From the NCBI GenBank assembly GCA_965661405.1, contig CBFIDH010000006.1, positions 2,201 to 66,200 on the forward strand: a stretch of 64,000 nucleotides of DNA, read 5' to 3'. The DNA comes from Candidatus Puniceispirillales bacterium. GTDB taxonomy: Bacteria; Pseudomonadota; Alphaproteobacteria; Puniceispirillales; UBA1172. Below the pieces are notes generated by a model, which made no database searches, was not told where the DNA came from, and saw only the letters and a program-made list of their open reading frames with translations. The position numbers and the translations under genes are program-made. Each line of letters begins with the position of its first letter. Within the stretch, counting starts at the first letter, position 1. Shown here one piece after another: positions 27,371 to 36,942 of this stretch.

Positions 27371-28312
27371 GTGCCAATTAAGATTCAATCTGATCTTCCC
27401 GCCCGTGAAGTGTTGGAAAAGGAAAATGTAGACCTGATTCTTAGCGACCGCGCAAAGACACAGGATATCCGCCCTATTCGTCTCTTGTTTCTCAATCTCA
27501 TGCCAAAGAAAAAGGAAACTGAGATTCAGTTTGCCAGGCTTCTTGGCAATAGCCCACTTCAGATTGAGCTGACGCTGATGACAACGGCAAGCTATACCCC
27601 GCGCAACACTGAACCGGGTTATTTGCGGCGGTTTTATCGGCATCTTGCTGATGTAAAGGATGATTATTTTGATGGCTTGATCATTACCGGCGCGCCAGTT
27701 GAAACTCTGCCATTTGCTGAGGTTGATTACTGGCAAGAACTGGTTGAGATCATGGAATGGTCTCGCAAACATTGTTTCCGCCGCATGGGAATTTGCTGGG
27801 GCGGACAGGCCATGCTCTATCATTTCTATCATATTGATAAGCATATGATCGGCGAAAAGCGTTTTGGCATCTATAATCATGTGTTGAACGATAACTCAAC
27901 ACGATTAATGAATGGCTTTACCGATTCTTTTCCGATGCCAGTATCACGCTATACCGAAAATCTGTCTGAGGAAATCAGCAACATACCAATGCTAGAGGTG
28001 CTGGCAGAAAGTCCCGAAACTGGCCCCGGTATTGTCCGGCATAGCCAGTCTGGTGATCTTTATGTTCTTAACCATCTGGAATATGATGCAGAGACTTTGG
28101 CGGCAGAATATGCGCGAGATCAGGAAACTGGTCTTAACACTGCGCTTCCGGCTAATTATTTTCCTGATAATGATCCCAGCAAAACACCGATGAACTATTG
28201 GCGGCCTTTTGCCTTTCTCTTTATCACTAACTGGATTCATGATCTGTATCAGGCGACTCCGTTTGATCTGGCAGAGTTAGGCCATCAGACAGAGCCGGAA
28301 AATGAGGATTAG
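27371..28312 (+). CDS. metA: homoserine O-acyltransferase, MetA family
   Basis: MPIKIQSDLPAREVLEKENV and LNLMPKK are typical, and the catalytic ICWG region is present. GTG start. Confidence 0.9.
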   Translation: MPIKIQSDLPAREVLEKENVDLILSDRAKTQDIRPIRLLFLNLMPKKKETEIQFARLLGNSPLQIELTLMTTASYTPRNTEPGYLRRFYRHLADVKDDYFDGLIITGAPVETLPFAEVDYWQELVEIMEWSRKHCFRRMGICWGGQAMLYHFYHIDKHMIGEKRFGIYNHVLNDNSTRLMNGFTDSFPMPVSRYTENLSEEISNIPMLEVLAESPETGPGIVRHSQSGDLYVLNHLEYDAETLAAEYARDQETGLNTALPANYFPDNDPSKTPMNYWRPFAFLFITNWIHDLYQATPFDLAELGHQTEPENED

Positions 28313-29388
28313 CCTATGCGCTGATTCAGATGTGCCATTTTGCGCCCCGGTCTTGCCTCGGCCTTGCCATAACGGTGAATATATACGCCGGGCTCGGCGA
28401 TAGCGGCATCTAGCATTGGCATATCCTCACCCAGAATATTTGTCATGCGCCAACGACCAGTGGCATGGACGCGCCCCATAGGTAACCCTGCGGCGATCCG
28501 GACTAACTGGCTAAATTGGCTGGTTTCTGTGCCTTCAATCGTCCAGTGAAAAGAATTATGAGGACGCGGGGCAATCTCATTAAAAAGCAGATCACCGCCA
28601 CGGCTGATAAACATTTCTGCTGCTAACACTCCGGTTAATTCTAAATCTTCCGCTATGGCAATAACGGCGGCAGTGCCTTTATCCAGCAAGGCAGGGGTAA
28701 GGATGTCTTCTGTTGCCGGGGCTTCGGAGAGATGGAGAATACCGTTTCGATGCTGGTTGATACTGGCAGGCCAGACACAAATCTCACCCTTTTTGTCCCT
28801 TGCCACAAGAAAACTGGCCTCGGCTGTAAAATCTACTATCTCTTCTAAGATCAGATCGTCATTACCAAGATGAGCAAGCGCATTCGCAGGATCGGCATCC
28901 TTGGCAAGTCGCATCTGTCCTTTGCCGTCATATCCCATGCGGCAGGTTTTAAGGATGCCGCCACCAAAACGAGATAAAGCATCTGCTAGACTGGCGCTGT
29001 CATTCACCGCGGCATAGCGCGGTGTTGGAATACCAAGGGCGCGAGCTTTATCTTTTTCGGCTAGGCGGTGCTGTGCCGCGCCCAGGGCTTTGCTTCCGGG
29101 GCAAACCGGAACATAAGAAGCCAATTTATCCATAGCCTCAACAGGGACATTTTCAAACTCACAAACAACGCTATCAACGCTATTGGCAAAGGCGGTCAGG
29201 GCGGCGGTGTCGGTGTAATCAGCGCGCGTGGTGGCGGCGGCAATATCGCTGGCCGGAGCATCACCTTCAGGGGCAAAAACATGGCAACGATAGCCAAGGG
29301 CAGAGGCTGCCTCAATCGTCATCCGGCCAAGTTGACCACCGCCTAATATTCCAATGATGGCCTTTTCCGGTAGCATAGTCATGATCAT
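28309..29388 (-). CDS. purK: N5-carboxyaminoimidazole ribonucleotide synthase
   Basis: IGILGGGQLGRM N-terminus and ATP-grasp architecture, immediately downstream of purE. The start may instead be ATG 29376. Confidence 0.9.
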   Translation of the reverse strand: MIMTMLPEKAIIGILGGGQLGRMTIEAASALGYRCHVFAPEGDAPASDIAAATTRADYTDTAALTAFANSVDSVVCEFENVPVEAMDKLASYVPVCPGSKALGAAQHRLAEKDKARALGIPTPRYAAVNDSASLADALSRFGGGILKTCRMGYDGKGQMRLAKDADPANALAHLGNDDLILEEIVDFTAEASFLVARDKKGEICVWPASINQHRNGILHLSEAPATEDILTPALLDKGTAAVIAIAEDLELTGVLAAEMFISRGGDLLFNEIAPRPHNSFHWTIEGTETSQFSQLVRIAAGLPMGRVHATGRWRMTNILGEDMPMLDAAIAEPGVYIHRYGKAEARPGRKMAHLNQRIG

Positions 29389-29397
29389 CTTTCGGGG

Positions 29398-29925
29398 TTA
29401 ATCTTTTGGGGTATGGGCGACATTTTCAGTGATATTCTGACGCCAGCTTTCCAATCGCGCGGCTAACTCTGGATCAGAAAGTGCCAGAATAGCGGCGGCC
29501 ATTAACCCAGCGTTACTGGCCCCGGCCTTACCAATAGCAAGCGTCCCCACGGGAATCCCTGCTGGCATCTGGACAATAGAAAGGAGAGAGTCCATGCCTT
29601 TGAGAGCTTGGCTTTCCACAGGTACCCCAAGCACAGGCAAAACCGTATTTGCGGCTAGCATTCCGGGCAAATGCGCCGCCCCGCCAGCCCCGGCAACAAT
29701 TACTTTAATGCCGCGTTCAAGTGCCGTATCAGCATATTCCTTGAGCCGATCAGGGGTCCGGTGCGCGGAGACAATCCGGCTTTCATAAGATATCCCCAGT
29801 TGATCCAGAATCTCTGCCGTGTGGGTCATGGTGGGCCAGTCGGATTGACTTCCCATACAAATGCCAACAACGGGTGTCCCTAAGCTAGATGAGGAACTAG
29901 ATGGTGAACGCGATTGTGAGCTCAT
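29398..29925 (-). CDS. purE: N5-CAIR mutase
   Basis: [18 protein letters not shown] and [10 protein letters not shown] motifs. Confidence 0.9.
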   Translation of the reverse strand: MSSQSRSPSSSSSSLGTPVVGICMGSQSDWPTMTHTAEILDQLGISYESRIVSAHRTPDRLKEYADTALERGIKVIVAGAGGAAHLPGMLAANTVLPVLGVPVESQALKGMDSLLSIVQMPAGIPVGTLAIGKAGASNAGLMAAAILALSDPELAARLESWRQNITENVAHTPKD

Positions 29926-29961
29926 GTTTTTTATCCTTTTTAACCTACTATCAGGCCGCGA

Positions 29962-30189
29962 TCAGGCGATAATGTCAGGAAGAAGTTTGTGATGAATAGC
30001 CCTGATTTCATCCTTGATAGCCAATTTACGCTTCTTGAAGCGTTGAAGGCGGAGGATATCCGCCATAGGTTCAGACCCCATCTGGAAAATGACCTCATCC
30101 AGATCTCTGTGTTCGAGGGTCAACTGTTCCAGTCTTTTGATGAGCTGGGCTTGTCCCTCGTCCGTATCGTCCTTGTCCCTGCCGCTCAT
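29962..30189 (-). CDS. DUF465 (YdcH-like) protein
   Basis: 75-aa coiled protein with EHRDLD and RLKKRKLAIKDEI-type motifs. Confidence 0.7.
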   Translation of the reverse strand: MSGRDKDDTDEGQAQLIKRLEQLTLEHRDLDEVIFQMGSEPMADILRLQRFKKRKLAIKDEIRAIHHKLLPDIIA

Positions 30190-30255
30190 GTCATATAACC
30201 AGTTAAAATCCTTAGTCTAAATGGTCTGCTCTAACATCTTTGCCATGTTATCGTG

Positions 30256-30822
30256 TTACGGCAGTTCTGATAGACCTTGAACCTGTTCAGATGGAGATTT
30301 CACATCATCACCAGTTTTGGTGATAGCCTCATCAAGGGCAATTTGGGTGCAGAGACCAAGCATCACAGGATGCTTAGCGGTAATGTTAGCAATATTCCAA
30401 TGCGAGCGATCACGAATTTTTGTGATGGTGTCGCGCGTGGTTCCAACCAATTTTGAAATGACGCTGTCTTTCATGTTTGGGTGATGCTTTACCAGCCAAG
30501 CAATGCCATCAGGCTTATCACCGCGTTTTGCCAGAGGGATATAGGTTGGCCCTTTGGTGCGGTTGGTTGGTTCAGGCAAAACCGATGATGAACGAACCAG
30601 AGTTGCGCTTGCATCTGCTTCGCAACGTTCGATTTCTTCTTGTGTCAGTTGTTTGTTGAGGACGGGATCATAGCCGCGGATACCACCGCCAACATCACCA
30701 TCAGCGATGGCCTGAACCTCAAGATCATGTAAGGAACAAAAATCAGCAATCTGGGAAAAGGTCAGGGCCGTGTTGTCGATCAGCCAAACGGCGGTCGCTT
30801 TGGGCATCAGTAAGTCGGTCAT
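30256..30822 (-). CDS. DUF1013 family protein
   Basis: MPKATAVWLIDNTALTFSQIADFC is the typical N-terminus of this alphaproteobacterial family. Confidence 0.75.
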   Translation of the reverse strand: MTDLLMPKATAVWLIDNTALTFSQIADFCSLHDLEVQAIADGDVGGGIRGYDPVLNKQLTQEEIERCEADASATLVRSSSVLPEPTNRTKGPTYIPLAKRGDKPDGIAWLVKHHPNMKDSVISKLVGTTRDTITKIRDRSHWNIANITAKHPVMLGLCTQIALDEAITKTGDDVKSPSEQVQGLSELP

Positions 30823-30975
30823 CTTGCCTCCAGATCATAAGTCAGAAAAGAAAAACAATCGGCCTCTTAACCAAAACAGGTGAGAGGCGAAAGATTTCCA
30901 GAATCCGTTAAAGCTAACCATGACATCTTTGTCATGTTCACTACACCTTTTCCATACGCCGAAACTACGCTGAAA

Positions 30976-31839
30976 TCAAGCCTTTATGGTGGAAATGGGC
31001 GGCAATAACGGGCTAATAGTCGTATCTGCTGCTGTCAGGGGCTTGCCGCTTTCCATGGCATCAAGCCGGATATTTGCAAGTCCAGTCCAGCCATCGGCAT
31101 CTTTGGCTAGCCCTAACACCTCTCCCACAGGTCTGCCATCACAGATAATATCTGCCGGAATGGGAAAGCTGGTCTTGGCCGTGAAGGGCGCATAGCGCCG
31201 TTTTAATAGCCCCCGATAACGTGTTCGGGCGGTGACTTCTTGGCCGATAAAGCACCCTTTATCAAAACTGATCGCTCCAAGGTCATCCCATCTGGCCTCT
31301 AGTGGCAGAGCTTTTTCGGATGGCAATTCCATATTGCCTTCGGCGATAGCAAGCCGATATCGCGCCGCCCGATAGGTGTCTTCTGTCATCTGATGGTCTG
31401 CCGTGTGATTTGGGGGCAAGTCACCATAACGCCGCCATGCCTGATTTTCACTACCGGCAGAATGAAATCGCGTATCTTTCAGCCAACCAGCACCTTCAAC
31501 CTCGCCAAACGCGGCAAAAACAATGTCTTCAAAAGGCGCAATATCAACAGGACGCCGCAATCGATAAAGGCGCAGCTTCTGCATTAGCGCAGGCATAAGA
31601 TCAGCATCACATTCCACGCGATAGCCATCATCTGTCTGGCTGATCATGAGATCAAAAAGCATCCGGCCTTGCGGGGTTAATAACGCCGCTGGAGACACTT
31701 GATCCGCATCAATATTCGCGATGTTAAGGGTCAGGAGGTCATTTAGGAAATCCAGCGCCTCATCACCTGTTATCACAAGCCCCGCGCGCCGCGAAAGGGG
31801 AAAGATCAAAGTGTTATGTTCATCTCGATTATCTGGCAT
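30976..31839 (-). CDS. ygfZ: folate-binding Fe-S cluster repair/tRNA modification protein YgfZ
   Basis: KGCFIGQEVTARTRYRG is the YgfZ signature. Start taken at ATG 31839 (MPDNRDEH). Confidence 0.8.
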   Translation of the reverse strand: MPDNRDEHNTLIFPLSRRAGLVITGDEALDFLNDLLTLNIANIDADQVSPAALLTPQGRMLFDLMISQTDDGYRVECDADLMPALMQKLRLYRLRRPVDIAPFEDIVFAAFGEVEGAGWLKDTRFHSAGSENQAWRRYGDLPPNHTADHQMTEDTYRAARYRLAIAEGNMELPSEKALPLEARWDDLGAISFDKGCFIGQEVTARTRYRGLLKRRYAPFTAKTSFPIPADIICDGRPVGEVLGLAKDADGWTGLANIRLDAMESGKPLTAADTTISPLLPPISTIKA

Positions 31840-31870
31840 GGTCTGATTACCTGCTATTTTTGGCATTATC

Positions 31871-31900
31871 CGGATATCACCGGATATCACCGGATATCAA
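31871..31900. repeat. CGGATATCAC x3 (third copy ends in A), period 10
   Basis: Read directly, 32 nt upstream of the ygfZ start. Each unit contains the palindrome GATATC. Confidence 0.9.
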
Positions 31901-31978
31901 ATGATATGGCGTTATTTGATCTCATCTTCAAGGGATTGCGCCTTTTAAGGGATTTAACCTTTTCAAGAATTCTCGTCT

Positions 31979-33205
31979 TTATGGGCGTGACGGCCTTGTT
32001 CCAAAATAACCCAAAATACCAGCCAGGATTGGCACTGCCCCCAACACCATCAGGGTTTGCGCCAGAGAATATCCTGCATCAATCATCAATCCAATTCCTG
32101 CCGGGGATAAAGCTGAGGCAAAAACCATCATCGCGTGCATGATGGCTTTGATACTGCCGAGATAGCGACTGCCATAAAGCTCAGCCCAGATTGGCGTCAC
32201 AACGGCATATACCGCGCCTTGCACCAGACCAAAGATGGCAAAATAGACCCAGATCAGATGGGCAGGCTCAATCCAGCCCAGCATCAGAACAGGCAAGCTC
32301 AAAGCCATGACAATAGGCGAGGCGATGTTAATGGCGCTGAAACGGTCAACCATCATGCCGCCAATCAGGCTACCAAAAATGCTACACACAGCATAAATAG
32401 GATAGCCGCCCGTCCAGATAATTAGTGATATCCCCTTAGTGTCGGCAAAGTGGATTTGATGGAAAAATAATCCTGTTGAGGTGAAGGCAGGCGCTAATAC
32501 AAGCCCAGCTAAAAGCATAAACCGCCAATGAAAAACCACCTCTGAACTAGTCCAATGTTGCCCGTCTCTGCCAGTAGCGAGATCTTCGACACCGCCGCCA
32601 TCTTGCCCGTCTTGTCGACCTGATAACAAAAGACACGCCGGCACCATGATCACTAACACTAGGATAGATGTGATTTGCCAAGCTTGCCGCCAATCAACAC
32701 TAAGCAACAGAAACAGGATCAGCGCAGGCATAATCACCTCAGACAACGGATGACCTTGGGTGGCAATGGCAACGGCCCGCCCACGTTCAGCAACATAGCG
32801 CCGACTCATCGCGGTGGCATAAAGATGACTCATCATTCCTTGCCCGGTGAGGCGCAAAAAAAAGACGCCAAGCGCCAATGTTAACACCGATGAGATGATG
32901 GAAAAAAAGGCGGCGGCCATGGCTAAACCAACCACAATAATAAGCGAGATTGTCTTTAGACGGATGACATCAACAAGCCGCCCAAGAAAGATGATTACGG
33001 CGGCGCTGACCAAAGTGCCAATGGCATAAATCACGCCAAAATCCCCGTGGCTTAGCTGTAATTCTGATCTGATTTTTGCCGAAAATAGGGAAATGAAAAA
33101 GGTTTGCCCCGGTGATGAGAAAAACGCCAGCAATAAGCCAAATAAGAGAAAACGCCACTGGCTTTTGACAAAGGTGATATTGGCGCCGAGGCTGAATGAG
33201 GACAT
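31979..33205 (-). CDS. MFS transporter
   Basis: 408 aa with about 12 TM helices and an MFS loop 2-3-like motif (GRLVDVIRLK). Confidence 0.8.
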   Translation of the reverse strand: MSSFSLGANITFVKSQWRFLLFGLLLAFFSSPGQTFFISLFSAKIRSELQLSHGDFGVIYAIGTLVSAAVIIFLGRLVDVIRLKTISLIIVVGLAMAAAFFSIISSVLTLALGVFFLRLTGQGMMSHLYATAMSRRYVAERGRAVAIATQGHPLSEVIMPALILFLLLSVDWRQAWQITSILVLVIMVPACLLLSGRQDGQDGGGVEDLATGRDGQHWTSSEVVFHWRFMLLAGLVLAPAFTSTGLFFHQIHFADTKGISLIIWTGGYPIYAVCSIFGSLIGGMMVDRFSAINIASPIVMALSLPVLMLGWIEPAHLIWVYFAIFGLVQGAVYAVVTPIWAELYGSRYLGSIKAIMHAMMVFASALSPAGIGLMIDAGYSLAQTLMVLGAVPILAGILGYFGTRPSRP

Positions 33206-33288
33206 GGATGGGCTCAGATCATTAAAGACATGATCATCTTGGCCTCATCATGGCTTTTGTCAATCCTGTTGAAAGGAACTCAAACCAC

Positions 33289-33317
33289 AAAAAAATATCC
33301 CCGGAAAACCGGGGATA
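33289..33317 (-). terminator. rho-independent terminator after the 33344-33754 gene
   Basis: On the minus strand, a TATCCCCGG-TTTT-CCGGGGATA hairpin is followed by TTTTTTT. Confidence 0.8.
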
Positions 33318-33343
33318 CTTAAAAATAATGATTTATTAAATAC

Positions 33344-33754
33344 TTAGGCAACTGCCTGTTGTTTTGGTGGAGCCACAACAGCAAGAATACCACCGATAAC
33401 ACCGAGGATGAGACCAATGATAGCTGCTAAGCCACCAGTAAACAGCGAAATGCCACAGCATACCAAAATAACAATTCCAGCCATCTTTGCAGATTTCTGT
33501 GCCAAAGCCATAATTCCAGCAACGAACATGATAATTGATACCAACAACCAGATCAAAAACATCGTTGCATAACCATCTGCCGCGCCTGCAATTTCGTTTG
33601 CAGCAGCAGCTTCAAGAGCAGTGGCGGATACATCTGATACATACTCAGCCCCTGCGCTAGCTACAGATGCAATTGCGTAAGCACCCCAAGCAAAAATTGC
33701 GTTTAAAACTCCACCAATGATCGCTAATACTCCACCAGCTACTTTCATAGTCAT
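33344..33754 (-). CDS. hypothetical small membrane protein (Gly/Ala-rich TM helices)
   Basis: 136 aa with 4 TM helices and A/T-ending codon usage. A very AT-rich upstream region separates it from tRNA-Thr. Confidence 0.6.
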   Translation of the reverse strand: MTMKVAGGVLAIIGGVLNAIFAWGAYAIASVASAGAEYVSDVSATALEAAAANEIAGAADGYATMFLIWLLVSIIMFVAGIMALAQKSAKMAGIVILVCCGISLFTGGLAAIIGLILGVIGGILAVVAPPKQQAVA

Positions 33755-33965
33755 CTCCTAATACAATAATGAAAACCTAATATTATGCCTTATTAATATT
33801 AAATATATATTAATGCAATTATTAATTTTTAATTACAAAACCCATCTTTGATTTACCATTTTAGCCAATGTTTATAAACGAAATGGAAAGATATCGGCAT
33901 TCCCGTATTGGGATTGCTCATGATCTCATGGCGGCGTCTATCAACCATGAGAGAAAAAATAGTGA

Positions 33966-33993
33966 GAGGGTAAAAATGGTGGGAGGGTAAAAA

Positions 33994-33998
<5 letters not shown>
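33966..33998. repeat. tandem duplication, GAGGGTAAAAATGGTG x2, period 17, overlapping the tRNA-Thr 3' end
   Basis: Read directly. Copy 2 ends in TGGTG, the complement of the tRNA's CACCA 3' end. Copy 1 repeats it 17 nt further downstream of the tRNA. Confidence 0.9.
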
Positions 33999-34069
<71 letters not shown>

Positions 34070-34080
34070 CCAATAACCGA

Positions 34081-34110
34081 TTTATACCTGTAAATACAGC
34101 TCTTTGGCAA
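34081..34110 (-). promoter_or_regulatory. candidate promoter of tRNA-Thr
   Basis: On the minus strand: TTGCCA, 18 nt, TATAAA, about 11 nt before the tRNA 5' end. Confidence 0.4.
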
Positions 34111-34360
34111 GTGATTGTGGCGCATAGAACCAAAGTGGCTAAAGCCAGATCATAGCGCCAATATTGTTTTCAGTCATGCGATAAACATTTGCAAATAGCG
34201 GTCGTTTATATAGCTATGATGATGTCCACGCTAAATGCTATTGATAAGCAACTCGGCCATACTATGCAACAGCCCTGGTCAAAGGCTAAGAGCAGAAATA
34301 ACCTCGCGGATATCCATCCTTCACTTGGTTTTCTCTATCTGGTGGAAAAGCAGGATTTTA

Positions 34361-34380
34361 TGCCAATTCATGCCAATTAT
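34361..34380. repeat. tandem duplication, TGCCAATTMW x2, period 10
   Basis: Read directly. Intergenic, about 50 nt beyond the hemY stop. Confidence 0.8.
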
Positions 34381-34430
34381 AAGCATACAACGCTGGAATG
34401 GATGGCGGGAATGCAGCGCCTCAAACAAGT

Positions 34431-35699
34431 TTAGCGCCACGTCATCTGGGCAAAAGCAGAACAATTTGGGCAAATGGCATGATAGTCTTCCATCTGGCTG
34501 TGGCAAGCTTGGCAGGTCCAGCCGGGAGGTCGCGGGGCCAATGCCGCTTGCCGTAAAATTGAGACGCTGGTTTCGCCCTCAACGCTATCGGATACAGGGT
34601 GATGATCGGCGATATCGGCTAGTAACTGCCAGATACGGGCATCTCTGACTTCTGTGGGGATGGCCCTAGCCAAGCGTTCAGCCTCTCCCCAAAGCTGTTG
34701 ATCAAATGCCATGCTAGCGGCGGCAAATAAGGCTTCTTTTTGCTCGCCTCCTTTTTCGGCTAATTTGATTAGTCTAGCCAGTTTCTTGGCAGGTGGCCCC
34801 GACCAATGTGACATTAGTTTTTCTGCCAACATGGGGTGAGGTGACGTCAAAAACGCCCGTTCAAGCAAGGCTGTCGCCTTTCGGGTTTTGTTTTCATCAA
34901 GATAGAGTTCGGCTTGTGCCAGCACGGCAGGAAGAAAATTGCTATCCGCCTTTAGGGCGCGGGCAAGGATTTTCGTTTTTTCAGACACGGTATTTGCTAA
35001 TCTGGCGCGTTCGAGCAGGATCGCCGCCTCAGCCTGATGTGACGCTGGCAGATCACCTTTAGATGCAATTCGCAAGGCAGACTCTGCCTCTGCCCAGTTG
35101 CCTTGCTTGGCCTCCATCACAAAAATAGCATTGGCAATACTGGTTGAGCGAGGCTTGAGTTTTAGCGCCTCACGCCCTGCCGCTAGAGCTGTTTTTTCGT
35201 CTTTGGCTTCAAGCGCCAGTCGCATATGTCCGATATGTCCAAAATATGCGGTATCGGAGTTGGTCTTGAGTGCATCGAAATACCGTTGAGCAGATTTGGT
35301 GTTACCGCTTAGGCTTGAAGCCTGTGCCATAAGCAAGTCGGTCATCACATTATGGCCCAGAAAATGAACGGATTTACGAGCGTGTTTGATGGCGTCACGG
35401 CCCTCACCTGCCGCCGCCGCCGCCATACCAAGGGCAAGCGCCCTCTGACCAAGGCGTCCACGCCGAGATGAAAATCCGCCACTAATCCGCCGTGGAATAT
35501 TCGCAAGAAAACTCAGCAAGCGATCCAGAATAAGCACGGCCCAGATTAAGGCCAGCATACCTGCGATGATCAGGCTGGTTGGGGCGGTAATACGCCAACC
35601 AAGCCAGTCAATTTGTGTTGATCCTCTCTGGACGGCCAGAAAATGCGCCACCGCTGCAATAATCATTATCCAGATAATTAAACTCACGATGCGGCGCAT
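34431..35699 (-). CDS. hemY: HemY-like TPR membrane protein with C-terminal zinc ribbon
   Basis: Two N-terminal TM helices (HemY_N type), TPR-like repeats, and C-terminal CQAC...CPNC. It is the last gene of the hemC-hemD-x-hemY cluster. Confidence 0.75.
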   Translation of the reverse strand: MRRIVSLIIWIMIIAAVAHFLAVQRGSTQIDWLGWRITAPTSLIIAGMLALIWAVLILDRLLSFLANIPRRISGGFSSRRGRLGQRALALGMAAAAAGEGRDAIKHARKSVHFLGHNVMTDLLMAQASSLSGNTKSAQRYFDALKTNSDTAYFGHIGHMRLALEAKDEKTALAAGREALKLKPRSTSIANAIFVMEAKQGNWAEAESALRIASKGDLPASHQAEAAILLERARLANTVSEKTKILARALKADSNFLPAVLAQAELYLDENKTRKATALLERAFLTSPHPMLAEKLMSHWSGPPAKKLARLIKLAEKGGEQKEALFAAASMAFDQQLWGEAERLARAIPTEVRDARIWQLLADIADHHPVSDSVEGETSVSILRQAALAPRPPGWTCQACHSQMEDYHAICPNCSAFAQMTWR

Positions 35700-35700
35700 A

Positions 35701-36915
35701 TTATTTACCTAATGTTATGATCAGATTGGCGATGGCTTGGTCAAGGTCTTGCCTTTGATCAAACTGCATCTGCCATGCGGCGGCCCATGCTGATATGTCA
35801 TTGGTTTCATCAGACCAAGTGGTGAGCGCGGCAATCGCGGCCATATGATCACGCTGTTCCAGCGCGGCAACAAATTGCGCTTTTGCTTCGCTTGCAGGGT
35901 CAATGGGGGCAATGGTTACCGCCTCAGACAAAGGTGAAGTCAGCCATGACCACCAACTGCTATCGCTTTCCTCCGGTGCTGGGTCAGGTGATGGGCTGTC
36001 AGCGAAAACCATATCACCCTGTGCTGTTAATTCTCGCCATAAATCATCATGCGCTGGTGGCGGGTTTTCCGCCCATGGCTTTAGCGTTTCCCAACGGGCA
36101 TCGGCATTGATGGCTGATGGCAGGAGGTTGGCAAATCCCTGACCTTGGCGCGCGGCGCTGATAATGGCATCGCTAAGCACCGATAATTCTGCTGGGCTGT
36201 TACTGATGGGCGCGGTGGATGACCCGGTATCTTCCCCGGTATTTTCCCCGGTATCTTGCCCGGTATCTTTGGGTGCTGATGCCTCATCATCTCTGTCTGG
36301 ATCAGCAGAAGGTGAGCGAAGCTGGGCTTCAAGTTCAAGGATACGCTGGTCCATTTCTGCTAATTGTTGGGCTAGGATCATGATATCAGGGTCAGCATCG
36401 GGGCTTGGTCTCTCGGCTGGCTGATCTTGCGTTTGTGTGATGATCTCATCTAGGCGGGCGACCTGATCTTCGATAAGGCTTAGCCGTGATGGAATATCGT
36501 CAAGAAGTTCAGCATTATCGCCTTGGGTGTTTTGGCTTTGCTGAACGGCATCACGGAGACTGGCAAGTTCACCTTCAAGGGCGGCAAGGACGGTTTCAAT
36601 AAGGATGGTACGGCTATTGATATCTTGAGCCGCGCTTGCGTCTTGTTGCTGGGTGATGAGCAATCGGTTGCTAAGTGAAAGTCCAGCCGCCGCCAACCCT
36701 GCGACAATGCCCAAAAATAAAATCACTAACCAGAGAAAACGGCCAAGACGCCGCCATGCCAATCGTGCTGGTCTTGGCTTAGCTTTTGTTTCAGGTTGAT
36801 CTGATGGGCTGGCCTTGTCCGTCATATCGTCATGGATACGCTCGGCCGTTCCCTCAATGATGATCTCATCATCTGTGGCTGGATTATCGCCAGAATGTTT
36901 TGGTTTTCTTGGCAT
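35701..36915 (-). CDS. mitofilin/Mic60-like membrane protein (alphaproteobacterial type; HemX position)
   Basis: One N-terminal TM helix (WLVILFLGIVAGLAAAGL) and a coiled, acidic middle region. It sits between hemD and hemY, where alphaproteobacterial Mic60 homologues are encoded. Confidence 0.55.
   Translation of the reverse strand: MPRKPKHSGDNPATDDEIIIEGTAERIHDDMTDKASPSDQPETKAKPRPARLAWRRLGRFLWLVILFLGIVAGLAAAGLSLSNRLLITQQQDASAAQDINSRTILIETVLAALEGELASLRDAVQQSQNTQGDNAELLDDIPSRLSLIEDQVARLDEIITQTQDQPAERPSPDADPDIMILAQQLAEMDQRILELEAQLRSPSADPDRDDEASAPKDTGQDTGENTGEDTGSSTAPISNSPAELSVLSDAIISAARQGQGFANLLPSAINADARWETLKPWAENPPPAHDDLWRELTAQGDMVFADSPSPDPAPEESDSSWWSWLTSPLSEAVTIAPIDPASEAKAQFVAALEQRDHMAAIAALTTWSDETNDISAWAAAWQMQFDQRQDLDQAIANLIITLGK
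36223..36270. repeat. 12-bp tandem repeat CCCGGTATCTTS x4 (imperfect)
   Basis: Read directly. It encodes DTGQ-DTGE-NTGE-DTGS in the Mic60-like protein. Confidence 0.9.
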
Positions 36916-36942
36916 TTTCTCTTTGGTTATCCTGTTATTATA

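Noticed and set aside
27356-27880. 174-aa minus-strand ORF
   Set aside because: It is antisense to the well-supported metA gene.
30860-30960. CtrA-like box (CTAACCAT) and hairpins upstream of the DUF1013 gene
   Set aside because: There is only a one-mismatch half-site and no full TTAA-N7-TTAA. The hairpin at about 30866-30892 is better read as the ygfZ terminator. This is too weak to call.
34189-34648. Two overlapping plus-strand ORFs (81 and 137 aa) in the tRNA-Thr to hemY spacer
   Set aside because: I saw no convincing ribosome-binding site. They overlap each other and the hemY 3' end, and match no family. I cannot exclude that the 81-aa ORF is real.
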